A stretch of DNA of 64,000 nucleotides, taken from the NCBI RefSeq assembly GCF_001194135.2, contig NC_069006.1:6935261-6999260 (forward strand), written 5' to 3'. Made by a program: the position numbers and the translations under genes. Source of the stretch: Octopus bimaculoides. Lineage: Eukaryota. Position 1 is the first letter of the stretch. Each line of letters starts with the position of its first letter. Below the pieces are notes generated by a model, which saw only the letters and a list, made by a program, of their open reading frames with translations, was not told where the DNA came from and searched no databases. Positions 1 to 12,960 of this stretch are shown piece after piece.

Positions 1-210
1 TAAACAGTAATCACGCAGCATTACATAATATTTGGGCTTTTATTATGGTTTTCTTAAAATGAATTATTTATTTGAATGAAACACCTATATTTGCCAATTT
101 TATTTATTAACAATTAGATAATAAAGTTAGGTGGAATTCTGTTCGAAGATGGTGAAATTATCTGAAATATTTTTTCGGTATTAACCGACCGTTATCGTAA
201 ACCAGTAAAA
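1..210 (+). promoter_or_regulatory. Putative DNAJC11 promoter/5' UTR
   Basis: Immediately upstream of the ATG exon; CpG-containing, repeat-free; TSS not identifiable. Confidence 0.45.
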
Positions 211-285
211 ATGGCTGCTCCCATGGAGGACAACGAGGAATTGGTGCAAGAGGATTATTATGCTTGGTTAAACGTCGATAGAAAG
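211..285 (+). CDS. DNAJC11: DNAJC11 exon 1 ([25 protein letters not shown])
   Basis: ATG at 211; J-domain start DYY.WLNV; donor AAG|GTTCGA at 286, phase 0. Confidence 0.92.
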
Positions 286-3200
286 GTTCGAGTTATATTT
301 TGTTAACAAAAATCTAACGTAATTTTGCATTATTTGTTTGAAATATTTGCTGACATCTGGTGATATTTTTCCCTCGAAATAACGAAGCTTCGTCTGTTAA
401 CATTTTTGTTTCACTATGGAAGCAAATTTACTTTCTCTCTAGCATCGCTGAATAAGGAGACGATATCAGTCTCCTTGTATCATTTATTTAAAATATAATA
501 TATACAAAGATGCCACTTGAGAATGTCCTTCTGGTTTAGGGTTACAAAAATAACTGTAGTTCTTATTTATTTCTATTTCATCTTTTTTTTTATCGGTTTC
601 AGTGCCGCATGACAACTTATTTTCTTATTGTAAATGACCCGTCTGACCTTAAAAGTTAGAAAATATTTTTAAAAAAACGTATAACCTGTTATTTAATTTT
701 TTCGGTATCAGAAATTGATCGCTTCTGTTGCTCTAATCGTGTTCAGGTGAACAGTTTCATTTCTCTGCCTTTGCTTTATTTTCTTTCTTTCTTTCTACCT
801 TTCCCCATAAACATGTTAAGATTAGCCATTGATTAATTAACAACATTCCTTCACTCCATACACGGCTGCACAGTAAAAACATCTAGTAATGGAATAACGA
901 TTTCTTAATTACGTTCAAGGCCACACATTTTTGATAGGGAAAAGTTACAAGGTTGTGCTAACATTCGTCCCTCTCAAGAGCATTCATTGACAACGTTAAG
1001 TGGAGTAACCTGTCTGCTACCGGTAATCGTACCAGGTCCTCAATACTTTCCTCTTTCTCATTATTATATTTATGTAATAAACTTGTTTGGGTGTTTTGTT
1101 TTTTAAATAATGTTACTGCTGTTATTGTTGTTGTTATTATTTTCTTTCAAGCGCTCGTTCCAAGTTATTGTATTTGGTTATTTAAAATTGTCACGACAAG
1201 GGCATTATACTACACAAGCGAAGTGAAACTGACATAACTTAGAAAACAGACCGGTGCCCTCAGCTCGTTAAGGAACGACATATAATTTCTTAAACATTGA
1301 TAATAATAAGACACATAAAGATTATATTCGATGCGTATTTTAATATTTCAAATTTTAGCCACATATTCATTGTACAGCATTATTAACTAACTAAACTTCA
1401 GTATTCTGTCTTACGCAACAATTGGCTAATATTGCCCCGTATAGAAACCGATAACCCACGAAGATAAAGAACAAGACAACGAAAACAAATTATTATCCAG
1501 ATTTCTATCTATATTATGGTTTCTGTTTTTATTCTCAAGATCTCTCAAGAATTTTCTTGTCGGTTGGTTAAAGTTCATTAAATCGCAGCACGTTCGCCTA
1601 CTTGTATACCTCTGCACTTGAAGCAGGCTCACAAACACACAAACACACATGCACATAAACACACATGCATATATATATATATACATATATACGACGGGCT
1701 TCTTTCAGTTTCCGTCTACCAAATCCACTCACAAGGCTTTGGTCGGCCCGAGGCTATAGTAGAAGACACTTGCCCAAGGTGCCACGCAGTGGGACTGAAC
1801 CCGGAACTATGTGGTTGGTAAGCAAGCTACTTACACAGCCACTCCTGCGCCTAGTTAAGTTTCTCANNNNNNNNNNNNNNNNNNNNNNNNNNNNNNNNNN
1901 NNNNNNNNNNNNNNNNNNNNNNNNNNNNNNNNNNNNNNNNNNNNNNNNNNNNNNNNNNNNNNNNNNNNNNNNNNNNNNNNNNNNNNNNNNNNNNNNNNNN
2001 NNNNNNNNNNNNNNNNNNNNNNNNNNNNNNNNNNNNNNNNNNNNNNNNNNNNNNNNNNNNNNNNNNNNNNNNNNNNNNNNNNNNNNNNNNNNNNNNNNNN
2101 NNNNNNNNNNNNNNNNNNNNNNNNNNNNNNNNNNNNNNNNNNNNNNNNNNNNNNNNNNNNNNNNNNNNNNNNNNNNNNNNNNNNNNNNNNNNNNNNNNNN
2201 NNNNNNNNNNNNNNNNNNNNNNNNNNNNNNNNNNNNNNNNNNNNNNNNNNNNNNNNNNNNNNNNNNNNNNNNNNNNNNNNNNNNNNNNNNNNNNNNNNNN
2301 NNNNNNNNNNNNNNNNNNNNNNNNNNNNNNNNNNNNNNNNNNNNNNNNNNNNNNNNNNNNNNNNNNNNNNNNNNNNNNNNNNNNNNNNNNNNNNNNNNNN
2401 NNNNNNNNNNNNNNNNNNNNNNNNNNNNNNNNNNNNNNNNNNNNNNNNNNNNNNNNNNNNNNNNNNNNNNNNNNNNNNNNNNNNNNNNNNNNNNNNNNNN
2501 NNNNNNNNNNNNNNNNNNNNNNNNNNNNNNNNNNNNNNNNNNNNNNNNNNNNNNNNNNNNNNNNNNNNNNNNNNNNNNNNNNNNNNNNNNNNNNNNNNNN
2601 NNNNNNNNNNNNNNNNNNNNNNNGGAGCCTGGTGTTGCCATCCGGTTTCACCAGTCCTCAGTCAAATCGTCCAACCCATGCTAGCATGGAAAACGGACGT
2701 TAAACGATGATGATGATGATGATGATGATGATTCCTAGAAACCCCTAAAACAAGCGAGATAGTCATGGCTGGAATATCTTTGGCCAGAGTTCTGATCAAT
2801 AAGGATTGACTTGAAGTTAAACAAAGGTATTGCTGAACAGGGTCCAAGAAATATCCTACAATAGAAGTACTGTATCCTAGGCACAGGTGTGGTTGTATGG
2901 TAAGATGTTTGCTTCCCAACCACATGGGTCCAGGTTCAGTCCAACTGTATGGCACCTTCGGCAAGTGTCCTCTTCTATAGCCTCTGGTCATCCAAAGCCT
3001 TGTGAGTGGATTTGGTAGATAGAAACAAAGAAGCCTGTTGTGTATACATACAGTAATCCCTCACCATATCGTAGTTCACCAATCACACACTCAATACATC
3101 ACAGATTTTTCTGGTTAATATATGTAGATTTATATCGTGGACTCCTCAGTGTATCTGGGTTTCTGTAGCCGATAAGGATTTATATTTTTTTAGATTTTGT

Positions 3201-4878
3201 TTCTGTGGGAGGTTACCCATGATAGTCAAGGGATTGCTTTATATATTCATTTATACATATATCTATCTGTGTGTGTGTGTGTGTGTACCTATTTGTCACA
3301 CACCAGTGCTTGACAACTGGTGTTGGTTTGTTTACATTCCCATAACTTAGCAGTTTGGCAAAGAGACTGATAGAATAAGCACCATGCTTTTACAAAAAAA
3401 AAATTAAGTACTGGAGTTGATTCATTCAACTAAAAGCTCTTCAATGTGGTGCCCCGGCATGGTCACAGCCTGAAACAAGTAAGTAAAGATGGAAAGATAA
3501 GGGTTGACATGGTATCAATGAAAAAGATCCTAGACACATCCTACAATGGAAACATTGTAACCTAATCTCATTCAACAACATTAAGACACTCAAACGAAAT
3601 TACAATGTTACAACCACCCTACTTTTGAACAGGACACCTAATTAAAAATACCTCCCAACACTACAAAACCTCGTTAATCCTTTAGTATTTAAACTGGCCT
3701 TATCTGGCCAAAATGTTCTGTCTGTTTTATGTTCAAATTTCACACCTGTTGTACAATGTCATTCAAAAACTAAACAATGACATCATCAAAATCTCAAAGC
3801 TATGAGATGAGAGACAATTAGTTGAGAAGAATGTGTATAAATAAGCATTACATTTGACAGAGTAATCTGAATGCGAAAGGGTAAAGCCACCACTACCACT
3901 CAGCATCTATGATGACCCTTATTAATTACATATTTCTTCTTTAGTACCAGAAAATACTTCAGCTTAGAACAGTTACTAACCTGCAACAAAGCACAAGTGC
4001 TTTCACATAAATGTACTGCTCACATATCTGCAGATGGTAATCCTGGCACACAACTATACCTTCTGGACAGCATCCTTAAAGAAAGGCTGGAGGTGAGCAT
4101 TCCTTGTTGAGCTGTAAAGACTGCCAAAATGGTGATCCTGAACCTAGTTTAACAGTGAGACATATATATATATTTATATATATATGAATGTAACTATATC
4201 ATCATCATAATTGTTTTAATGTCCTCTCTTCTATGTTTACAGGGGCTAGATGACATTCAGTGAGGCAGATCTTGTATGGACAGATATCCTTCATGTTGCC
4301 AACCCTCACCTGTTTCCAAGCATGATAATGTTTCCTCATGGCAAAACATATTTTTACAAAAGATTGGAAATGAATGGCAACTGCTTGTCTCACAATGCTG
4401 CTCATTCACAGCTATCATGTCAAGACAAAGGGACATAAACACACACACACACAGAAATGTACATACATATATGCCCTACTGTCACATAACTGGCACCCTT
4501 GCTGGTGGAACGTAAAAAGCACCCATTAATTACACTCTTGGAGTTATTGACATTAGGAAGGGCATCCAGCCATAGAAACCATGCCAAAACAGACTGGAAC
4601 TTGATGCAGTTCTCTGGCTTACCAGTTACAGTCAAATCGTCTAATCCATGCCAGCATGGAAAGCAGATGCTAAACGATGATGATGATTATATACATATAT
4701 ATATATAGGCGCAGGAGTGGCTGTGTGGTAAGTAGCTTGCTTACCAACCACATGGTTCCGAGTTCATTCTCACTGCGTGGCACCTTGGGCAAGTGTCTTC
4801 TACTATAGCCTCGGGCCGACCAAAGCCTTGTGAGTGGATTTGGTAGACGGAAACTGAAAGAAGCCCATCGTATATATG

Positions 4879-4914
<36 letters not shown>

Positions 4915-7900
4915 TGTGTGTCTGTGTTTGTCCCCCCCAACATCGCTTGACAACCAATGGTGGTGTATTTACATCCCCGTAACTTAGTGGTTCGGTAATA
5001 GAAACCGATAGAATAAGTACTAGGCTTACAAGGAATAAGTCCTGGGGTCGATTTGCTCGACTAAAGGCGGTACTCCAGCATGACCGCAGTCAAATGACTG
5101 AAACAAGTAAAGAGTATATATATATATATCATCATCATCATCATCAGCGTTTAATGTTTGCCTTCTATTCCGGCATGGGTAGGACAATTTGATTAGAGCC
5201 AGCCAGGCTGAAGCCTGCACCAGACTTCAGTAACAGTTTTGGCAGGATTTTTACATGTATGCCCTTCCTAACACCAACCACTCAGCAGAGCGAACTTAGT
5301 GCTTTTTATGTAGCACAAGCACAGGCGAGGTCTGTTTTGGCAAGGTTTTTACAGCTGGATGCCCTACCGAACACCAATCATTTTACAGTGTGGACTGGGG
5401 GCTTTTAAGTCGCACCTGCACTGACAGGGTCACCAAATACTTGCAGATTGGCTTCTTTCAGTTTCTGTCTACCAAATCCACTTACAAGGCTTTGAAGGTT
5501 ATTGTAGAAGACACATGCCAAAAGTGCTTTTTATGTGGCACAATCACAGGCGAGGTCTGTTTTGGCAGGGTTTTTACTGCTGGATGCCTTTCCGAACACC
5601 AACCACTTCACAATGTGGACTGGGTGCTTTTAAGTGGCACCTGCACTGACAGGGCCACCAAATACTTGCAGATTGGCTTCTTTCAGTTTCTGTCTACCAA
5701 ATCTAATTACAAGGCTTTGAAGGTTATTGTAGAAGACACATGCCAAAAGTGTCAAACACTGGGACTGAACCCAAAACCTTGTAGTTGGGAAGTGAACTTC
5801 TCTTACCACACAGCCATCTCTTTATTTATAACACATGCTGTGTTGCTACTTGAGTAATAATCTGTAGATAATCCTTTCTTCAACTCCATACTGCAATCAC
5901 CAGTCCACCAAGGCACTGTTCCTTCTCTACCGCATTATCTAAACCACTGCCCCCAAACCCGTCCACTGTCCTCCCTACTTCCTCTTATCTCTGCTATCGT
6001 ACTGGGACACTAACTTCAATGGGTTAATCAATCACATCAGTCCTAGTATTTAGTTCAACCTGCTGACACATGAATGGTTTTAATCAACGTCAGCATAACT
6101 GTGGACACCGGCAGATGCCTGTCTCATGGCTCTATGCACAATCTCCGTCTATGCATTACCATTCACAGGGCATTGGTCAATCCAGAGCTAAGTTGTGAGG
6201 CAAAACAGGGATACAAGAACAGTTTTAGCTGGCCAGACCAAAACCTTGTCAATGTATTTGGTAGATGGAAACTGAAAGAAGCCCTCCATGTGTATGTGGA
6301 GAGGTGTGGCGGCGCGCGCGATCTGAATGCCTTCGCCTCGAAGGCGATACCGACCCCGAGTGTGTGTGTCCGTGTGTTATGAACGCGGTCGAGTAAGGTC
6401 GTAGCGGTGATTCGGAAGCAAGCAAGCGAGAGAGACAGACTGAGCGGTTCGTAGCGAGCAGAGGGCATGCCGACGCTTGGGCGGCGGCGGCTTCCGCCAG
6501 CGATATCGACGGATGGATGAGAAGCAGGCCGAGCGATTCGTGGCAGCAAGAGGGAAGCCAGTGTACAATGCTCTTGGGTAAAACACTTCCTCTCATGTTG
6601 ATCTGCAATTACTTCGACACTTGATGTGTGGCACATTGTGCACCTGTTTGGGCAATGTCACTTCAATGGAGGGAGTGCACACAAACATTTGATCTCTATA
6701 GACAAGTCATTCATCCAGGAGTTCCAGAACTGTTTTTCTCAGACTTGAGAGACTATCGTTAATTAATCGAGTGTTGGACCTTACGGAGGCAATGTCTGAG
6801 ACTTTTGGCATTGTGTCATGCTTCAGAAGACCCATCAAGCCAAGCAAAATCGCAGTCGTGGCAGATACATGGCATGTAAATGCACTCCAGTGTCTCAAAT
6901 GGCACCCATGTCAGTGGCATGTAAAAGCATCCATTACTCTCTCAGAGTGGTTGGCATTAGGAAGGGCATCCAGGCATAGAAAAGCATGCCAAGTCAGACT
7001 GGAGTCTGGTGCAACTTTCTAGCGTGCCAGCCCAGTCAAACCTGCCAACCCATGCCAGCATCTACAACAGACGTTAAATGATGATATGTTTGTGTATGTA
7101 TGTTTCTCACTCCTTGTCTTGACATTGTATGATTGTTGTGAATGAATGTCATTCATTTCCAATATTCTGTTTGGAAACAGGAAGAGGTTTTGGTCATAGA
7201 AAAATCTACTGCAATAAACTCCATCTGGCCAGCTGTAGAAACCTTGCCAGATTAGATTGGAGCCTTGTGCAACCTCCCAGTTTGCCAGTCTTCAGTCAAA
7301 CCGTCCAACCCATGGCAGCAAGGAAAGCAGATGTTAAACGATGATGATGATGATGATACCCATATAAAAATGGAGAAGTGGGCATTAAGTTAATGAAGAA
7401 ATGTAAACATAAGCCCATAGAGATGTTATCACTAATTGTGAAAATTGCTTGCTAGTGAAGGCATAACAACATATCTAGGCATCTCTTGGAAGTTATTGTT
7501 TAGTCCCAAATCAGCTCTGATTAAGTAGACTCATGATCAAAGACATTCCAGCCAGGACCATACCATCTAATTTAGATGAGTAGTGTATCCAGGATTATAT
7601 TACTGAATTTGATTTCCTAATCTTTTATAATCATATTAAGGTGTCTTTTGACTGCTCTTTTTGACAAATGCAATGGCAGTTGATCTCCCAACTGAACCAA
7701 GAAAATTATATTTCCATTGTTTTGGGGTTTTTTTTTTTTCTAATTGTTGATATTTGTTGGTTGCAACCCCTGACAGAGGTGTCGTTGGTTTTTGGTGATG
7801 GGGTTTGAACTCAGATTGCACAGATCCAGAGCAGCTCCTACAAGGTATCCTGTCTGCTGCTATAACAATTCCATAAATCCACCCCTCTGACTGGTACCAA

Positions 7901-10200
7901 CAACAACGAAGGGTTAAGATGACCGCAGCAGGATTTGAACTCAGAACACAGGGATTCCGGACAACTGTTGCAATGCATTCTTCCCATCACTCTAATGACT
8001 CTGCCACTTATATTATTCTAAGGCAGCAAGCTAGCAGAATCATTAGCGCGCCAGGCAAAATGCTTATTGGTATTTCATCTGCCACTAAATTCTGAGTTCA
8101 AATTTCGCCACGGTCAACTTTGCCATTCATTGCCTGTTGCTACATTCTGAGTTCAAATTCTGTCAAGGTCGACTGCCTTTCATCCTTTGGGATCAATAAA
8201 TTAAGTTGCAGTTGAGTACTGGGGTTGATGTGAACAACTGTCCACCCACCCCACAAAATATCCTGGCTTTGTATCTGTAGTAGAAAGGATTATTATTGTT
8301 GTTATTATTATTCATAGCAGGTGTTATTTTATTTTCAATCCTAAGCTCTCTTCAAAAATACCACAATCTAAATTTTTACCCCTTCACATGTAACATGTTT
8401 AAAACTCTTGAAAGTGCGAGTCTCTCTCTTTCACTCTCAGAACAATAGAGACGTCGACATTTGACCCTTCTGTCATCATTCATACTTAAAATTCAGTTGG
8501 TCCTCCAAGCTGTCATGCATTGGACTGACTGACAGTACAGCATATTAAAATTTGATGAAAGGAAGAGCATCTGATGGCAAAATAGAAGTCAACCCTTGCA
8601 CAGAAATAGATGGGACACAGGGACATAGTACAGCACATGCTGCTTGCAACACTACTGTGTCTCACCCTGTATGATTAACCAGTGCTTATCAGAATCTACA
8701 GTGCAGTCCTCGGGTATGCAGAGACAATGTTTACCTGCAACTGAAGGTCTGTCAGATGCATAGTTTCTTCCTTGATCCAACTTCTTGAAACTGTTTTATT
8801 GTAATATTTTGTTTGCTATGTTTTTCTGTCTTCTATAAAGTAACCAGAACTTGTTTTTTCTCATTTGCTAACTTTCTAAACTTAGATTAACAATTTCTTT
8901 CCAAACGTTTTTCTCCTTTACAGGCTTCCCTTGAAGAAATCAATAATGCTTTCCGACGACTCAGCAAAATATACCATCCTGATAAACACCATGGGGATCC
9001 AGAGAAAAAAAAAGCTGAAATCATGTTTTCTAAGATCAAGAAAGCCCATGAAGGTAAGCACTGACAATAGATGGAGTTTCTTTACTCTTTTCCATTATGA
9101 TGGGGCTGTACCTTCAAGAGCTTGGTCAACCATATCAACGCCAGTATTTACTTTATCAATCTGTAATGAGTAAAAGGTGAAGCTGGGATCTAGCATTTCA
9201 CTGCTGGACCTATCATTTTTCGTTACTTACTGAAGTTGTTCACTCCCTTCTGGAGTAAGGGCCATCAAAGACTTTTTTCTACCATTCTTGACCCTGAGCT
9301 GTCTTTTCTGCTTCCCCCTAGTTGGATCCCTGCTTCTTCAGTTCCGCATCATTATCCCATCTCATATGTTCCTTTCAGAATAAGCCTTCCTTTCTCATGT
9401 CTTGCTGGTTTTCAATTGTCATTGATGTTTCTGTAACAACAGTGGCTGAGTTCCTTTTGAGTGCTGGGCCTCATGGGGGCTAAGTGACTGAGTTGCTTTC
9501 GAGTGCTGGGCCTCACAGAAGCAATGACCAAGACATTTAGCATTATGTCATGCTTGAGAAGAAGATCCATCAAGCCAAGCAAAATCGCAGTCATGGCAAA
9601 TACCGTTGTCATGCAAATTGGCACTCAGATGGCACCCGTGCCAGTAGCACGTAAAAACACCCATTACACTCTCAGAGTGGTTGGTGTTAGGAACGGCATC
9701 CAGTTGTAGAAAACCATGCCAAATCAGACGGCAGTTTGGTGCAGCCTTCTTCCAGTATGCCAGCCCAGTTAAACCGTCCAACCCATGGACAACAGACGTT
9801 AAATGGCGATGATAATAATTATTATTAAAGAAAGGTAACAACTTGAGATCTTATTTGCTTACATCCAGAATTTTCTTTTCTGTTTCAAGTTCTGTCAGAC
9901 AAACACACAAGAACAATATATGATATATACGGTGAAAAAGGACTGGAATGCGGAATGGAGGTATGTACACATCTCTTTTATTTTTTCTTTAATTGTGTCA
10001 GTCATTTGACTGTGGCCATGCTGGAGCACCGCCTTTAGTCAAACAAATTGACCCCAGGACTTATTCTTTGTAAGCTGAATACTTATTCTATCAGTTCCTT
10101 TTGCTGAACCACTAAGTTACGGGGACATAAACTCACCAACACTGGTTGTCAAGCAAAGGTGCAGGGGACAAACACACAAACATATACATACATGTGTATG

Positions 10201-10237
<37 letters not shown>

Positions 10238-12920
10238 GGAATTTACAAAAAAACAAAAGACGAAGACAGGTGTATAAACAACAAACAGGTATATTAGTTT
10301 AACGCTCGGGAAGGTGAGAAAGTCGACGGGTTTCTTTCAGTTTCTGTCTACCAAATCCACTCACAAGTCTTTGGTCAGCCCAAGGCTATAGAAGACACTT
10401 GCCCAAGGTGCCACCCAGTGGGACTGAACCCAGAACCATGTGGTTGGTAAGCAAGCTACTTACCACACAGCCACTCCTATCTTTTTCATATATAATAAAT
10501 CTGTTTATTGTATGTAATAATACTTGTTTAAAACTTTGGCACAAGGCCAGCAATTTCGAGAGTTGGGGTTTACTCATTCTATTCATCTCAAAAGGATGAA
10601 AATCAAAATCGACCTTAGTGGAATTTGAACTCAAGACATGTGGCACGTAAAAAGCATCCATTCTCGAAGTGGTTGGTGTCCGGAAGGGCCTCTAGCCGTA
10701 GAAACCTTGCCAGGTGGAGCCTGGTGCAACCTTCCGGCTTGCCAGTCCTCAGTCAAACGGTCCAACCCATGCCAGCATGGAAAGCGGACGTTAAACGATG
10801 ACGATGATGTGCAAGACAACTGGCGTCGATAAAAAATCTACTAAAAATCTTCTGAGGTGGTGGCCACAATCCAATGCCTAAAAATAAAAGAATAACATTC
10901 GCATTACACTGGTTATGTCTCTAAACCAATATTTCCAAGGGGGTTGACTCTGCTAGTGGTTGTCCCCCTTGCATCATTTTATTTTGGTTTTCAATCGTCT
11001 ACTATATTGCGATGTCTGTTGCGTTATGTTATCAGCCGATTATTATTTTATACAATAGCTAGCAAATTACACTTTATGTTTAAGTGTGTGTGTGTGTATA
11101 TGTATGTCAAAGTACATCTTGAAGAATTGAAAAATTCCGTCTATATTTGATTAACTTGTTGGTATCTTTCCAGCCTTATAATTTAAGGTCTCAGGAGGAT
11201 AACGCTTTTACCGTTTCTAATTTTTACTTTTTCGTTTTCCGTTTACTGTTTTTTAACCTTCCATGTTTTCTATATGCTTCCTTCTCAATTTTCCGCGTTT
11301 CTTCTCTCAATTCAATTCTCAGTTCGTTATGGTATGTGGTTTTTGCCTGATAAATATGTTCGAGGTATTTCTCAACATATGAAACTATTAATAGCACATA
11401 AAATCATATATTGTGTCTATTAAATAATATTTTACACACACACACACGAGGGGGTGCTGAAAAGTTCCTGACTTTGGGTAAAAGATAATACAGGGGGATC
11501 AGTTAATTATGATTTTACTCAACATATTCTCCTCTCAAATTCACACACTTATTGCAGCAGTCTTTCAGTTTTTCTAAGTTCTGTAAAGAACTCGAAAGAT
11601 TGAGCTTCCAACCATGCCTTTTGTGACACCCTTAAAGCCAGGAACTTTTCACACACACACCCCCCCCTCATATATATGTATCATCATTTAATATCCATGT
11701 TCCATGCTGGCATATATATATATGTGTGTGTATGTGCGGGTGGCACATAAGATGTACCATCCTGAGCGTGACCGTTGCCAGTACCGCCTGACTGGCCTTG
11801 TAGGGTTTTCGAGCGAGATCGTTGCCAGTGCCCCTGGACTGGCTCTTGTGCGGGTGGCACATAAAAGACACCATTTCGAGCGTGGCCGTTTTCGTGCAGG
11901 TGACACGTAAAAGCACCCACTACACTCTCTGAGTGGTTGGCGTTAGGAAGGGCATCCAGCTGTAGAAACTCTGCCAAATTAGATTGGAGCCTGGTGTAGC
12001 CATCCGGCTGCACCAGTCCTCAGTCAAATCGTCCAACCCATGCTAGCATGGAAAGCGGACGTTAAACGATGNNNNNNNNNNNNNNNNNNNNNNNNNNNNN
12101 NNNNNNNNNNNNNNNNNNNNNNNNNNNNNNNNNNNNNNNNNNNNNNNNNNNNNNNNNNNNNNNNNNNNNNNNNNNNNNNNNNNNNNNNNNNNNNNNNNNN
12201 NNNNNNNNNNNNNNNNNNNNNNNNNNNNNNNNNNNNNNNNNNNNNNNNNNNNNNNNNNNNNNNNNNNNNNNNNNNNNNNNNNNNNNNNNNNNNNNNNNNN
12301 NNNNNNNNNNNNNNNNNNNNNNNNNNNNNNNNNNNNNNNNNNNNNNNNNNNNNNNNNNNNNNNNNNNNNNNNNNNNNNNNNNNNNNNNNNNNNNNNNNNN
12401 NNNNNNNNNNNNNNNNNNNNNNNNNNNNNNNNNNNNNNNNNNNNNNNNNNNNNNNNNNNNNNNNNNNNNNNNNNNNNNNNNNNNNNNNNNNNNNNNNNNN
12501 NNNNNNNNNNNNNNNNNNNNNNNNNNNNNNNNNNNNNNNNNNNNNNNNNNNNNNNNNNNNNNNNNNNNNNNNNNNNNNNNNNNNNNNNNNNNNNNNNNNN
12601 NNNNNNNNNNNNNNNNNNNNNNNNNNNNNNNNNNNNNNNNNNNNNNNNNNNNNNNNNNNNNNNNNNNNNNNNNNNNNNNNNNNNNNNNNNNNNNNNNNNN
12701 NNNNNNNNNNNNNNNNNNNNNNNNNNNNNNNNNNNNNNNNNNNNNNNNNNNNNNNNNNNNNNNNNNNNNNNNNNNNNNNNNNNNNNNNNNNNNNNNNNNN
12801 NNNNNNNNNNNNNNNNNNNNNNNNNNNNNNNNNNNNNNNNNNNNNNNNNNNNNNNNNNNNNNNNNNNNNNNNNNNNNNNNNNNNNNNNNNNNNNNNNNNN
12901 NNNNNNNNNNNNNNNNNNNN

Positions 12921-12960
<40 letters not shown>

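Noticed and set aside
149-184. Short upstream ORF MVKLSEIFFRY*
   Set aside because: The TSS is unknown, so it may not be transcribed; no supporting evidence
1426-1686. Minus-strand ORF (…[21 protein letters not shown]…)
   Set aside because: Starts in a microsatellite, has no recognisable homology and no clear splice sites
2662-2991. ORFs with poly-His, poly-Asp or (IY)n tracts (also 4670-4957, 56553-56738, 60009-60449)
   Set aside because: Translations of (CAT)n/(GAT)n/(TA)n tails and SINE bodies
6163-6636. Overlapping ORFs across the GC-rich segment
   Set aside because: Explained by high GC content; no domain similarity or splice context
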